Source: Adineta vaga (Eukaryota; Animalia; Rotifera). Taken from it: 64,000 nucleotides of DNA. The notes below the pieces were generated by a model. The model saw only the letters and a program-made list of their open reading frames with translations, was not told where the DNA came from and searched no databases. Location of the stretch: the NCBI GenBank assembly GCA_021613535.1, contig CP075495.1:10354001-10418000 (forward strand), read 5' to 3'. Position 1 is the stretch's first letter. The number at the start of each line of letters is the position of its first letter. A program made the position numbers and the translations under genes. Below, in pieces: positions 36,756-50,100 of the stretch.

Positions 36756-39700
36756 ATGTTATCCTCATCCAATTTACAAAAATTAGTTGGAACAAGTAAT
36801 TCTGTGAAATCTTTGTTTTGAACAATTAAAAAATTAACATTCAATTTTTCTACTTAGAATTAATTTCCGAAATGTTAAGATGTGATTCAGTTAAACAAAA
36901 AGATAAAGGTGACTGGAAAGTTCTTGTTATGGATCGGTTAGCAACAAGAATTATATCAGCATCTTGTAAAATGCATGATATTATGTCCGAAGGAATTACA
37001 AGTATAAGAAATTTTCTGTTTTGGAATTGAAATATTTCTTCTTGTTTCTTAAAGTTGTGGAAGATATTATGAAAAAACGTGAACCACTTGGAATGTTAGA
37101 AGCGGTCTATTTTATTCAACCGACTGAACAAGTAATGTAGATCTTTTTTTTTATTTTATTTTTATGAATTGTATTTAGTCAATTGCTGAACTTATGAATG
37201 ATTTCGATAAAGCTCATGCATTGATACCTAAATATAAAGCTGCACATGTATTCTTTACTGAAGGTATGTACTTGTTCAATGAATTGTTATTAATCAAGTG
37301 AAATATATATTGAAGAATCTATCTGCCAGTTTCTTTAGTATTTTAGCAATAAATTAATCATTCATATATGCTTTTACAACGAATGAATGATCTTTTAATC
37401 ATAGTCGACATTGATTCAATGTATGTCATATAGATATATAGATATATATATAGAAAGATTTGATTGATCGGCTGCTTTCATTTGATTATTTCTTGCATGA
37501 AAATGCATTAAAAAAATTGATTCAATTGAATGAATTAATTGAAATATCGATTAGAATTATAAAAGAAATTTTATTATAAAGAAGGACTTTACCTTTTATT
37601 TTTTTGTTTAATATTATTCTAGCATGTAATGCGGACTTATTTACGCGATTAACTCAATCAAAATGTGCAAAGTATATCAAAACATTACGTGAAGTTAACA
37701 TTGCATTCTTACCATATGAACGACAAGTAAAAGAAAAGCACTAATTTGCTTATTAATACATTTATTTTCAATAGGTATTTACACTTGATTCACCGGATAC
37801 ATTCTATATTGCATATAATGCATCATCAGCTTCACAACGTATTCAACATCTTGAAGCTATTGCCGAACAAATAGCAACGTTATGTGCAGCACTTGGTGAA
37901 TATCCTAATATTCGATATCGTGGGTATGTTATGAGTCATATCATCTATTTGATGTATGAATCATCTTGTTTTAATTGATAGAGAGAATGAAAAACTGGTT
38001 GATTTGGCTCAAGCTGTTCAACAAAAGTTAAATCAATATAAAGCGGATGATGCAACTATAGGCGAAGTAAAACAATTGAATAAAAAGAACGAAAGAACCT
38101 TTTCTTTTCTTTGAATAGGGAGCTGATAAGGCAAAATCAGTATTATTATTATTGGATCGTGGGTTTGATGCTGTATCACCATTACTTCATGAACTAACAT
38201 TCCAAGCAATGGCACATGATGTATTAAAGATTGAAAATGATGTTTTTGAGTATGAAACTCAGACACCTACAGGTGATCAACCAAATAGTACAGGACAAAA
38301 ACAAAAAGTGATCTTAGACGAGAATGATGAACTTTGGACAGAACTTCGTCATCAACATATTGCTGTTGTTACTCAGTTAGTTTTTCCGCTTTTTGTTGTT
38401 TTGTCATGAATTGATGTGTTCTTTCTTTTAAAGGAGTATCACAAAAAAGATTAAAGATTTTGCAATCCAAAATCGTGTTAAAGGTGATGAACGTGGAGAA
38501 CGTACAACAATGAAAGATCTTTCGTATGTATTTTGTCTTTCTCTAAGTTCTCAAAATTGATAATATCTTTTTATATTTGATATAAATAGAATAATGATTA
38601 AGAAAATGCCACAATATCAAAAAGAATTGAATGCATATGCACTTCATTTCATTATTGCTGAACAATGTATGAATGCATATAATCGAGAATCAGGAGAAAA
38701 ATTATGTTCAGTCGAACAGGTATGTAATATAATTAATATATGTTTTGAATGAGAAATACTTAATTGATAGTCCATTTGTTTGAAAATCGCAATAAGATTA
38801 GTTAAATCTAATACAGTAATGATCAAGTTTCTGTTATCGCCTAGAAACTAGAGAGAAATCAATTCTACGATCGAAAAATACAAGGAATATATTGATTTCA
38901 ATTAGAATAATATTTTTCTTCTTCTTTTCATCTTTCAGAGCTTAGCAATGGGTACTGATCAAGAAGGTGAACGAATCAAAGATCATATGCGTAATATTGT
39001 ACCATTATTACTCGATACATCCATTCCTATTGACGATAAAATACGTATTATAATGTTATATATTCTATATAAAAATGGTAAGTAGAATTAAATATGTAAA
39101 GAATAAAAAAAACACACATATGTATATATATACATGGAAATTTTCAGCTTATTGTTGTACATCACCTGAAACATACGGTATAGAGACTAGGATAACTGTT
39201 TTGCTAACTTTTGTTTGTTTTCTTGATTGATTCTAAACGAATTGACGGATTGAGAATGGAATTTAATTGTTTTCTAATATTTCACATCATGATTTTCAAA
39301 AACAATATTTTCATATTTTATTTTCCTTTATAGGTATTACGGAAGAAAATTTGGATAAATTGTTAAGTCATGCATTTATTCCAGTACATAAAAAAACATT
39401 AATTACAAATCTACAATATCTTAATTTACAGATTATTCAAGATCCAAGTCGGGTGTGTAATCAAATTTTTCTTTCGAAAAACAAACGAAACAAGGTTGAT
39501 CATTTATTTATATTTTAAGGCTGGACGTCGAAAAAACATTCCACCCGTAAGAAAAGAACGTTCAGAACCGACATATACAAATTCACGATGGACACCTTAT
39601 GTCAAAGATATTATGGAGGTAAACAATTTCGATATGTTTATTTGATTGATGTTTTTATTTCATATTGATTGTTAAGGATGTGATTGATGAGAAACTTGAC

Positions 39701-40112
39701 TCAAGACAGTTTCCATCAGTTAGTGGTCAAAGAAATCCAGCTTTGTCGTATTCTGCTCAAAGGTATGTATAGAACAGAGAGAGAGAGAGAAGTTTCTTAT
39801 TTTATTTTGTTTTAGTTCACGAACTTTTGGTGGTTGGATAAATGGTCGTAAAGTACCCGTTCATAGTGGTCCACGTTTAATCGTGTTTATACTCGGTGGT
39901 GTTGCTTACAATGAACTTCGTTGTGCATACGAAGTAACACAAAGTAATTTAAAGAAATGGGAAGTATTTATTGGTAAGTTGACAAGCTTGTCAAAATGAA
40001 TGAAATTTTGTTCATTTTCTTTTTGAATCTCTTAGGCAGTGATCATATATTAACTCCAAAGACTTTTCTTCGTGATCTTGAAATGAGATTACGAGATCCA
40101 AATGAACAGTAA
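36756..40112 (+). CDS. STXBP1: Syntaxin-binding protein (Munc18/UNC-18/ROP), multi-exon
   Basis: Motifs [118 protein letters not shown] and GSDHILTP. Confidence 0.97.
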
Positions 40113-40600
40113 AGATATGCTTATCAAATTTCCAGGTGTTTTCTTTTCTCATTCCATATAAACGACACAAATGACAATTTTCTCTTTGATATTTATCCAT
40201 ATTATTGCTTTGTCAAATTATAATCCTTTAAGAATGCTTATTTTATTTCTATTTCTCATATATATATATCGAACTTTTCTTGTTTTTGCTTATTTGTATA
40301 TCTGTATAGTTGGTTCAGTACATATCATTGATCAAATACATATACATATATACAAACAAAATTCTTTCGTTTGTTTTGTGCAATGTTTCGAGAGCAAACC
40401 TTTGATATTGTCGAATGAGTATACTAAAATTTTCAGTTTTTAATTCGAGTGATTTAAAGAACAAGTTTTTGTTTATGTATATGTTTTTCAATATTTGTTT
40501 TATTAAACATCGTGATATCTTGTTTTCTTTATTTACACCCGACAAAGATAAATATAATCAATAGTTCATGAAAAAAAAAGATTATTCTTTCTCTTTCCAG

Positions 40601-41350
40601 ATGTTGAAAGTTTTGTCACTTGTTAGATTGGTGAATCCAAATGTTTTAGCCTCATCAAAAAGATTATTTCATTTAACACAGACAGTGGGATTGAAGAAAA
40701 GTAAGACGAAACATATCATGTGGAATGACTAAACTTCTGATTCATAGATATATCGATAGTAATAGGACATGATTTTCATAAATAATAGAATCTTATCATC
40801 TTACAAAAGCATTCAACTTTCATTTCATTTTAGTTACGGAAAAAGTTGAAGGCAATGTGATAACAGTAAGTTTTACTGAAAATGATCTTGATTAATGATT
40901 GTTTTTTGTCTAGTACGAAGGAGAATATATTAATGATAATGAAAAGAATGTTTTAAAATTATCCGGACCTGAAGAAGTTTGTATTTGGTGTAAATTTGAT
41001 CGTCGATCGATTCATATTCAACATACAGTATGTGAAGAAACGACACAAAAGTTTTCAATTCTTTTTTTCTTATCTTTAAGGATGTTCTCGTTCTTCGACA
41101 ATATCTTCGAAAAGATGGTACAATTCTTCCTCCTGAAATAACTGGTCTATGTCCAAAACAGAATGATAAATTACATACATTAATTCGTCAAGCTCGAATG
41201 ACTGGTTTAATTTCATATCCAACTGTCGCTGTTACAAAACGTGAACCACTTCTTGTTGATCCAACATTAAGACCTGAATTTGAACAATATAATTCATATT
41301 GGGAGAAATATGAAGTGTTAAAAAAGAGAGATCACTATCTTGGACCATAA
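40601..41350 (+). CDS. MRPS18A: Mitochondrial ribosomal protein S18A (mL66), 4 exons
   Basis: Basic presequence-like N-terminus, a CIWC zinc motif, and IQHTDVLVLRQYLRKDGTILPPEITGLCPKQ..LIRQARMTGLI, typical of bS18-family mL66. Confidence 0.85.
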
Positions 41351-41465
41351 ATTTTGTTTAGATTTGTTTGTTTTCAAATAAAAGATAGGCTTATTTTCAA
41401 GATAAATGAAAAGATTCGTTATAATTTTGAAAATGAAATGAGTTTATTGTTTTTAGTATTCGAAA

Positions 41466-42435
41466 ATGCTTTCGACTTGGATTGATATATCAAATTTGAA
41501 AAAACCATTGAAATTCAATGAATTATCAATTGATTTTAATCCTGAGTTATATAATGCTAAACCATTAACGGATGATATACAGAAAAAGTTAGATGAAAGA
41601 TGGAATCAATTGTTAAATGAGACGAAACCAGGACGAATTCTATATAATGAATCCAAATTTCGTCTGCATTCAATTCAAACGAAAATAATTGATGAAAATG
41701 CTATGGAATTTGTACTTAATCTTGGTCTAACTGATTACAAATCATTTATTTGTACACAACAACAAAATTTACCTGATGATATACGTCAACATATAACTGA
41801 AGATCATCTATCACATCCTCTTGGTGTCGGTTGTCTTCTTATAACATCAGATGATTGCATTGTTTTGATTAAACGAAATTCGAATTGCGTTGATTCACCT
41901 AATCTATATGATTTACCTGGTGGTCATCCAGAACCAAAGTAAGAATGAAATATAATTCAAAAAAGACTTTATTATCTTACTCATTGTTTTAGAAATGCAA
42001 AATCCTATTCAAACGAAGATATTATTGAAGAAATTCGTTTATCAACAATGGCAGAATGTGTTGATGAAACAAATGTAGATCGAAATACACTTCTCGTTGA
42101 TTCATTCTTTTTTATTCTAATTATTACACGGAATTTAAATCAACATGGTCGACCTGCTATAGAATCTTGTCTTAGGTATAACTGAAATTCTTTGAAAAAT
42201 AATAAAAATGATTAAACATCTCATACGATTATTTTAATTTAGAACATCAATGTCATCGAATGAATTACAACAACGTTATAATCTTCAAACACATATTGAA
42301 GCATTTGAATCGACTGAATTAAAATTTTGGCCTTTAGATAAAATTTCTGATCTTTTAAATTCTTCTCAAACATTAATTTCAATTACACCAGCTTGTCATG
42401 CAACTTTAACAGCCTATTCACGTTTATTGTTTTAG
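41466..42435 (+). CDS. NUDT22: Nudix hydrolase NUDT22 (UDP-glucose pyrophosphatase-like), 3 exons
   Basis: Motifs LYNESKFRLHS, LNLGLTDYKSFICT, HLSHPLGVGCLLITSDD, DLPGGHPEP, GRP and EAFES. Confidence 0.9.
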
Positions 42436-43778
42436 ATGTATCATTTAAGTACACAATATCACGAATGGTTATTTACAGTTGAACAATTAAAAGAATTACG
42501 TATGAAAAGTAATTCGGAATATGTTCAAACACATGTATGTTACATAGATTTTAATTGAAGCCGTTTTATTTCATCAATAAAATAGACTGCACAAGATTGT
42601 TTGACAGTCGATGAAGAAGCTATGGTTTTACGTTATTATGAAATACAATTGAAAGATTTTTGTGAGAAATTCAAACCATCCATGACAAAAATATCAATCG
42701 TATGTTGTTGTTATGCTCAATTAAAATCTATTTGTTTCTCTCTTTTCAAGGCTGTTGCTATGCAATATTTCAAACGATTTTATCTAAATAATTCAGTGAT
42801 GGATTATCATCCAAGAGATATTTAGTAAAAAGAAAAAAACGAATTGTTATTTTTGTTTTTTGATAAAATTCTTTTTCTTATGTTTAGTTTAATTTGTGTA
42901 TATTTAACTAGTAAAACAGAAGAATTAAGAATATCAATGCGAGATTTTCTTGCGAATATCAAAGATAGTACAAATCTTGATCATACAGCTGATATTCTTT
43001 TATCATATGAATTATTATTAATTGAAAAAATTCATTTTCAACTTGTTATCCATACTGCACATAGACCATTCGAAGGTTTGATTATTGATTTGAAGGTAAG
43101 AATAAGAAAAAAAACAAAAACATTTATCATTTATTTATTTGTTATGCATCTAGACTCATTACTTACGTGATAATGTGAATGATGCCGAACGACTACGTGT
43201 AACTGGTTATGAATTTCTTGATAAAACTTTATTAACTGATGTTTATTTTCTATTTCCACCCTCACAAGTAAAATATCTTCATATTCTTTCGAGAAAGAGA
43301 GAGAAAAAAACATACATGTATTTTTTGCTTTCATTTGTACTTAGATTGCACTTACAGCATTAGTATTTGCTTCTGTAAAAGCAGGAGTCAATATTGATGA
43401 ATATATTCTTAAACATATTTATGGTTCATTAGAATCAGATCAAATGCAGAAAATTAAAGAAACAATTCGATGTAAATATTCTTTTGTTCCATTTTGAATT
43501 ATTAGCTCAATCATATATTTCTTTCTTTCTTTCTTCAGTAATTGCAAGTGTTGTTAATGCACCAACAAAATTTAAGAAAAGTGAGGTGAAACAAATGGTC
43601 GACAAATTAGAGAAATGTTATAACACTAATAATGATCCACGTACAGATGAATATAAAAAGAAACGTTTAGAACAATTTCAAGCAGTCACTGATTATGAAG
43701 CAAGACATTTGGTAAATATTTTTCGAGATTTTTCATTATGGATTATATGTATATTTTTGTTTTTTCTTTTAGCCATAA
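42436..43778 (+). CDS. CCNH: Cyclin H (CAK/TFIIH subunit), multi-exon
   Basis: Motifs [82 protein letters not shown] and [16 protein letters not shown]. Confidence 0.95.
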
Positions 43779-44140
43779 TGTTATCTATTATTGTCGAGCA
43801 TCTGTTATATAAAAGTATTCTTTTATCTTTGAAATCTGAAGAAAGGAAATAAATCATCGAAATTAAAACATACAAATATTTCTTTCTTTTTTAACGATAT
43901 AAATAAAATGACGAAAACAAATATTTCGTTGTCAAGAAATAAAATATTCTTGTTTAAAAAGAAAAGCAAGCAAGCAAGCAAACAAACAAACAAACAAGCA
44001 AACATTCATATGAGCAGATAAAGCAACAAAAAGAAAGAAAGTGTGATTTATTTTCACTTGCATAAATAAGCAATAATATTAACATGGAAATTGCATCACA
44101 TATTAATACAATAATTGCTGACGAAAGAAAAAAGAGTTAT

Positions 44141-47100
44141 CTATGCATGATAATTGTCCGTTGATGGTTCAGCAACAATATGTTGTAATTCATCATGAAT
44201 AGAAGAGATTAAATTTTTTGTATTGACAACACTTTGTTTAGCAATTATGTATTCATCACGAAAATCATTTCGTTTAGAAGGATCATTTGTTAGATCGGAT
44301 GGATTTAATTGAAAAAGATGTTGATTAGGTCCTTCTCCATGTGTCCATGTATTTTGTATTGGCACTCGAGAATCATCTCGTGTTTTAGGTATTGTATCAA
44401 CATAAACTTCATTTTCATGAAATTTATGATGTCGTTGGCCACGTTGAGGAATAGAAACTTGAGAATTCGGTATACCGTAGACATCAGGTGAATCCATAGC
44501 TCGATTTATTGATACGGAGTCATCATAAAATAATGGCGGATTTGAACGATGAGATGATTGAGGATAACGTTGTCTAATATTAACATCATCGGACGCGTAT
44601 TTTGGTTTTAATTCAACAGGTGTATAGCGTTCAATATCATGGGCACGATCACCTGCTTCATATGGATTGTAATGAAGACGTAGAAGTGTTGGATTAGGAC
44701 GCTCTGATACTTGTGGTATGATAGGCATATGATGTGATTGATGATTATCATTGATAATAGGTGGATTTCTAGAATCATACATGGTAGAATGAACACGACG
44801 CTGTTGACGACGTCGCTTTCGTCGTTCATTAGTTGAATCAGGATTATATGTTTGATTTGGCTCAACTTTATCTAAAACCTCATCCAATAAACGATGTAAT
44901 TGGTTTCTTCCGGCTTCGATTTCCGATGCTTGAGCTATGCGACGTACTATGATAGGTGGATCACGCATAGACATATCATTTCTTGGTCGAATGTAGGCAT
45001 TAGAAGGATCATTTTCGAATGGTCGTGTTTCGGATTGATGTGCAGTAGAATGATTTGTAACTAAAGTACAAATTAATTATATTCGATCACATGAATTATT
45101 CTTCTTCTGTACTTACTAGGCGGTATTATTCTATTCGATAATGACGAATGATGAAGTCGATCAAGATCTGTCAATGGATCAGCATAACGTTGCTAAAGAG
45201 AAGGTATAAATTCTCTTTTACTATTCATCAAATAAAAATTTTCAAAATTTACTTCAAATTTTTCCTGTAAACGAAGTTTGTTTCGCCAACGATCAACATC
45301 ATTTTGATGACGTATTTCTTGCATAGGTATCTCAATTGATACAGGCTGTTGCAATGGATTATTCGACGTTTTCTGTAATTCTATCGGTGGTAAACGATGT
45401 GGCGGTACACTATTTCCGATGAGAAGATCATTTTGTGGTAATAGATGAATATTATTTGTAGGCGTTGGTTGTTCTTTTCTTGTTTCAAGGGGAATACTTT
45501 GATAATCCTATTGAAAAAGCACAATTAGTCACTTCTCTTTAGTTATGTAAAGAACTTACTTGTGTGCGGCCCGGTGCTCGTGGAGCATTATAAACAGTCT
45601 AAAAAGAAGAACGACATTGCTGTATGAGAATGGAATTAATTTCGTGTATATACTTGAACATTGTTTTGATCATATGTTCGTGGTCGACACTTCAAATAAA
45701 GACAACAACCTAAACCGATGAGCAATAAAGCAAAAACAATTGGTCCAAGAACAGCACCGATAATCCATAGTTTACGATCAGTCGATGAAGGTGACGTTGA
45801 ACTTCCATCACCAGTGTCACGTACAAAGTCACCATCAATATCATAACCAAGTAAAAAAGGTATCTGTTCTGATGGCACTCTCGCAGTAGCAACTCGGACT
45901 TGACTAGCTGTTAACTGTGTTCTATTACATGAATCACTTGCAGTATAATTAACCATATATAATTGTGGATTAGCGGTAAGACTCGAAATCTAAGATATTA
46001 TTAACAATATAAATTATATATTTAAACGGAAAGATCGATTTTCCATTTACTCACTAAAGTTACATTTCCAATAATGATAACAGTGTAGTCAAGACATGCT
46101 TGACGCTTACGTCGAGATGAAAGTGAACATTGTGAATCAGATTGATTATTTAAACATTGAAAACCGACTCTAATAACATTACTTAAACCCTGAATAAGAT
46201 TATTTACATAAGAACTATTCGTTGAATCAAACTTTTGTGTACGAAAAACTTTGAACACTGAAATATAACAGATAGTATTTACATAGATATGCCTATGAAT
46301 ATATTATTTAAAAACAAACCTGTTGAAATAATATACAACTGAATACTCGTACTTGTTGTTGTTGTTGTTAATGGGACAGTTATACTTGTCATATTGATGC
46401 TACTAATACTGGTAAATATAGACGCAACTGTTTGAGATATTGATGCTGTTGTAATAACAGTTGAACTAGTTGTGTTTGAGAGAGTTGTTGATTGAGTAGT
46501 GATAGTAGTAATTGTTGTCGATAGACTACTTCTAATGATAGAACTCAATGAACTGATTATTGTAGAAGCAGTTGATACAACAGTGGTTGGTTGTGAAGAG
46601 ACTGTCGTTGTTATTGTCGGATTCGAAGATTGGATAGAAGTGGTTGTTTGATCATTGTTACCTATGAATAAAAGTAATAATAATCAGATCATGATTAGTT
46701 CCAAAAAATAGATTCATTTTTGTTTGTATATCTTACTCATTTGTGACGAAAAGGAAGAGACACTTGTAGCTATTGTTTGTGTATTCGTACTTGATATACT
46801 GGTCGAAGTGAGTGGTATGCTAGAAGATCCAATTTGAGTCGATGTTATTGTAATTGAAGAACTTTGAAGAGTCGATGTATCACTGTGAATTGATGTGGAT
46901 GGTACAGATGAACTAGGAGTTAATGTAGTAGCGGAACTCATTAATGATGATATAGTACTACTGAAAATACTGGGCGTTGCTGCCATCGTTGTACTACCTT
47001 CTCCAGTTATAGTTGTCATAGAAAACTAGTAGCTGTCGATCCAGTTTGTGTTGATAGGAAACTTGAAGTACCGTCAGTTCTAGGGCTTGTTAATGTCGAA

Positions 47101-50100
47101 ATAATCGATGTTGAACTAAAACTAGTTGTAGTAATTGTTTGTGTAGATCGTTCGCTACTGCTCGTAACAGAGGATGTAAAGGTAATCGTCTGTGCAGTTG
47201 CTGTTGATGTGCCCGTCAATTGACTAGTATCTGTATGTAGTGATGACAAAATATTAGTACTTGTTTGGTGTGACACATCTGTGTACAAAGATGATGTCAC
47301 TCTTGTCACACTAATAGTATTTGATGTTGAACTACTAGCGGTTTGACTTGTAATAGTATAAGGTGATGAAATCGATGTATCCGTTGTAAGCAATATTGAT
47401 GAGCTAGTTGCTGTAAGAAGAGAGGTAGAAACTGTATTGGCACCAGTCAAAAGTGTACTAGTAATTGTTTGACTAGTATATGTTTGTGGTGATGAAGATA
47501 AAGCACTATTTGTCGACATTCCCGAAGTAGCTGCATAAACTGTCGATGAGCTACCTAGTGTTTGACTTGTATCGGTATGCAATGAAGAAGAGGGCATGAA
47601 TGTGCTTGTTACATATGATGTATCTGTATGTAGAGAAGTACCACTGGAGAATGTTGCAGGTGAAGCTGATATAACAGTTGCAGTATTTACGGTTGCACTA
47701 CTAAGAGTTCGACTGGTATCTGTATGTAAGGATGAAGAAAATACACTAGTTATCATAGTACTGTGAACAGTCTGACTTGTGTCGGTATGCACTAACGTTG
47801 AACTTGTTACTGTTAAGAGAGAAGCAGAGGTTACAGTAACCGTAGACGAAGGTGTACTAATAAGTGTTTGACTTGTATCGGTATGCACTAACGTTGAACT
47901 TGTTACTGTTAAGAGAGAAACAGAGGTTGCAGTAGCCGTAGACGAAGGTGTACTAATAAGTGTTTGACTTGTATCGGTATGCACTAACGTTGAACTTGTT
48001 ACTGTTAAGAGAGAAACAGAGGTTACAGTAACCGTAGATAAAGGTGTACTAATAAGTGTTTGGCTTGTATCGGTATGCAACAATGATGAACTTGTTACTG
48101 TTAAGAGAGAAGCAGAGGTTACAGTAACCGTAGACGAAGGTGTACTAATAAGTGTTTGACTTGTATCTATATGTGCTGTTGTAGATATTCTACTAGTCAG
48201 TGTTTGTGATGTATCAGTGTGGGTTAGTGATGAACTTGTGACCGATAAAATAGAAACGGATGGTGTGGTAACTGTATGTATACTCGAACTTGTCATAGGC
48301 CGACTTGATTCAGTATGCAATGGTGATGGTGTAGTAATAAAAGTGCTAGTATCTCGCGACAGGTCAGTGTAAAGAGACGATAGACTTGTGTGTGTTACCG
48401 ATGACGTTTGCATTGCAGTAATAGTGGTTCCTATTGTGCTCTGAATAGTTGCACTTGTCACTGTCGATAATACGGATGATGATGCAATGCCAGTATATGC
48501 TGTAGATAATGTGCTTGGTTGAACGGATGATTCACCAGTGATTTTCATTGATGCAGCTATATCGTCACAGTATTTGTTGTTACACTCGTAGTTACCTGGT
48601 ACGTATTCATAGACGTTGGTGAGGCTGTACTCATGCTCGTCTCTTGTGATAATCCAAAATGGAAAGACGATTGACTAGTCAAAACAACAGTTGAGGATTG
48701 TGCAACAGTCATGGTGTTTGATGTAGTCACACCGACAACTTGAGTTGTGTCAGTACGTGCAGAAGATATTGATGTAGGGCTAACTGTTGTCCTTTCTGTA
48801 TCTGTTTGCAATAAAGATTGAGTTGTTGTCGATGACGATGATGATGTTGTTACGATGGCAACAGTACTACTTATGTAATAGTCGGTATTTGAATTGTACT
48901 ACTGTATGAAGAAGTGATAGACAACACAGTCGATGTGCTGGTTTGTACTATACTGCTAGGTGATGAAGATTGAATTGTCGATACTGAAATGGGAACGGAT
49001 TCTGCAGTAACAGTATTTGTTATTACGTTGATAGTTGTCTGAGTAGTATTGTTGTATGTAGTTGAAGATAATGTGCCGATATCTAATGTTTGTAAGATGC
49101 TTGTGTATGCAGATGGTGTTGATGATGATGATGACTGAGTTAATAGACTAGTAGTTGCAGTTGTTGAACTAGTTGCCTGCGTTGAATTTGATTGGAACAA
49201 AGTAGATGCACCAACGTCTGATGAAACACTTGAGATCATAGATGAATTTGGTGATATCGAAGTATTATCTGCAGAAATTACACTGCTATTGATGGTAGTT
49301 GTTGTAAGTTGTGGATTATTTGTTGAGGAACTCATAACTGATGGAGATAATGTGGCATTTTGGATAGTACTTGGATATGTTGAAGATTGGTTCGATTCAC
49401 TAAGAGAGACATCTCGGATTTGAACAGTAGTTATAATTGATTGGTTTATAGTTGAATCTTGGAAAGTTGAAGTTGCAATAGTGTTATTTTGCATTGATGT
49501 TAACATTAAGTTAGTTATATTTAACGGAGTTGCTTGCGTACTGATTATTTCAGAACTAACATGGTAACTATTGGTAGATGAATTGTCGATAGCATTTAAG
49601 CCTGATTCTGTTGACAACTTAGTTTCACTTGTATATAGTGTTGTACCTTCATTTGATAATGTTGGATCTCCATCTAAATAGAAAACAGTGGATAAATAAA
49701 AAATAAACACATTGAGTAGATATGATATCCACAGAAATTGCAATGAACCATATATTCTTGTCAAATGCAGCACAATAAGTCATTTGTTTCATAGCAGAAG
49801 AAGATAAGCATAGCAGAACAAAGCAAAAGCATCACATATATAGATATAGTTCTGTTTGAAATTCGTTATTGATATTATAAATGAAGAAAATAAATGGTTA
49901 ATTTCTATATCAATTGATATAACCTATATGGATCAAGAAGACACAACAAATTCGCATATGTATATAAGTTAGCATCGAAGAAAAAGAAAAAAATAAGACA
50001 AAACTAAGAATGAAAAACACTTCTAGCGAAGAACTTTTCTTTTAACTTTCTTACCAGCTCTTTTTACTATATTCGAAGAATAGAAATGGACAAATATAAT

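Noticed and set aside
47016-48548. The 510-aa Ser/Thr ORF as an independent gene
   Set aside because: It has no signal peptide and its composition continues into both neighbouring ORFs, so it is a frameshift-bounded piece of the larger mucin exon.
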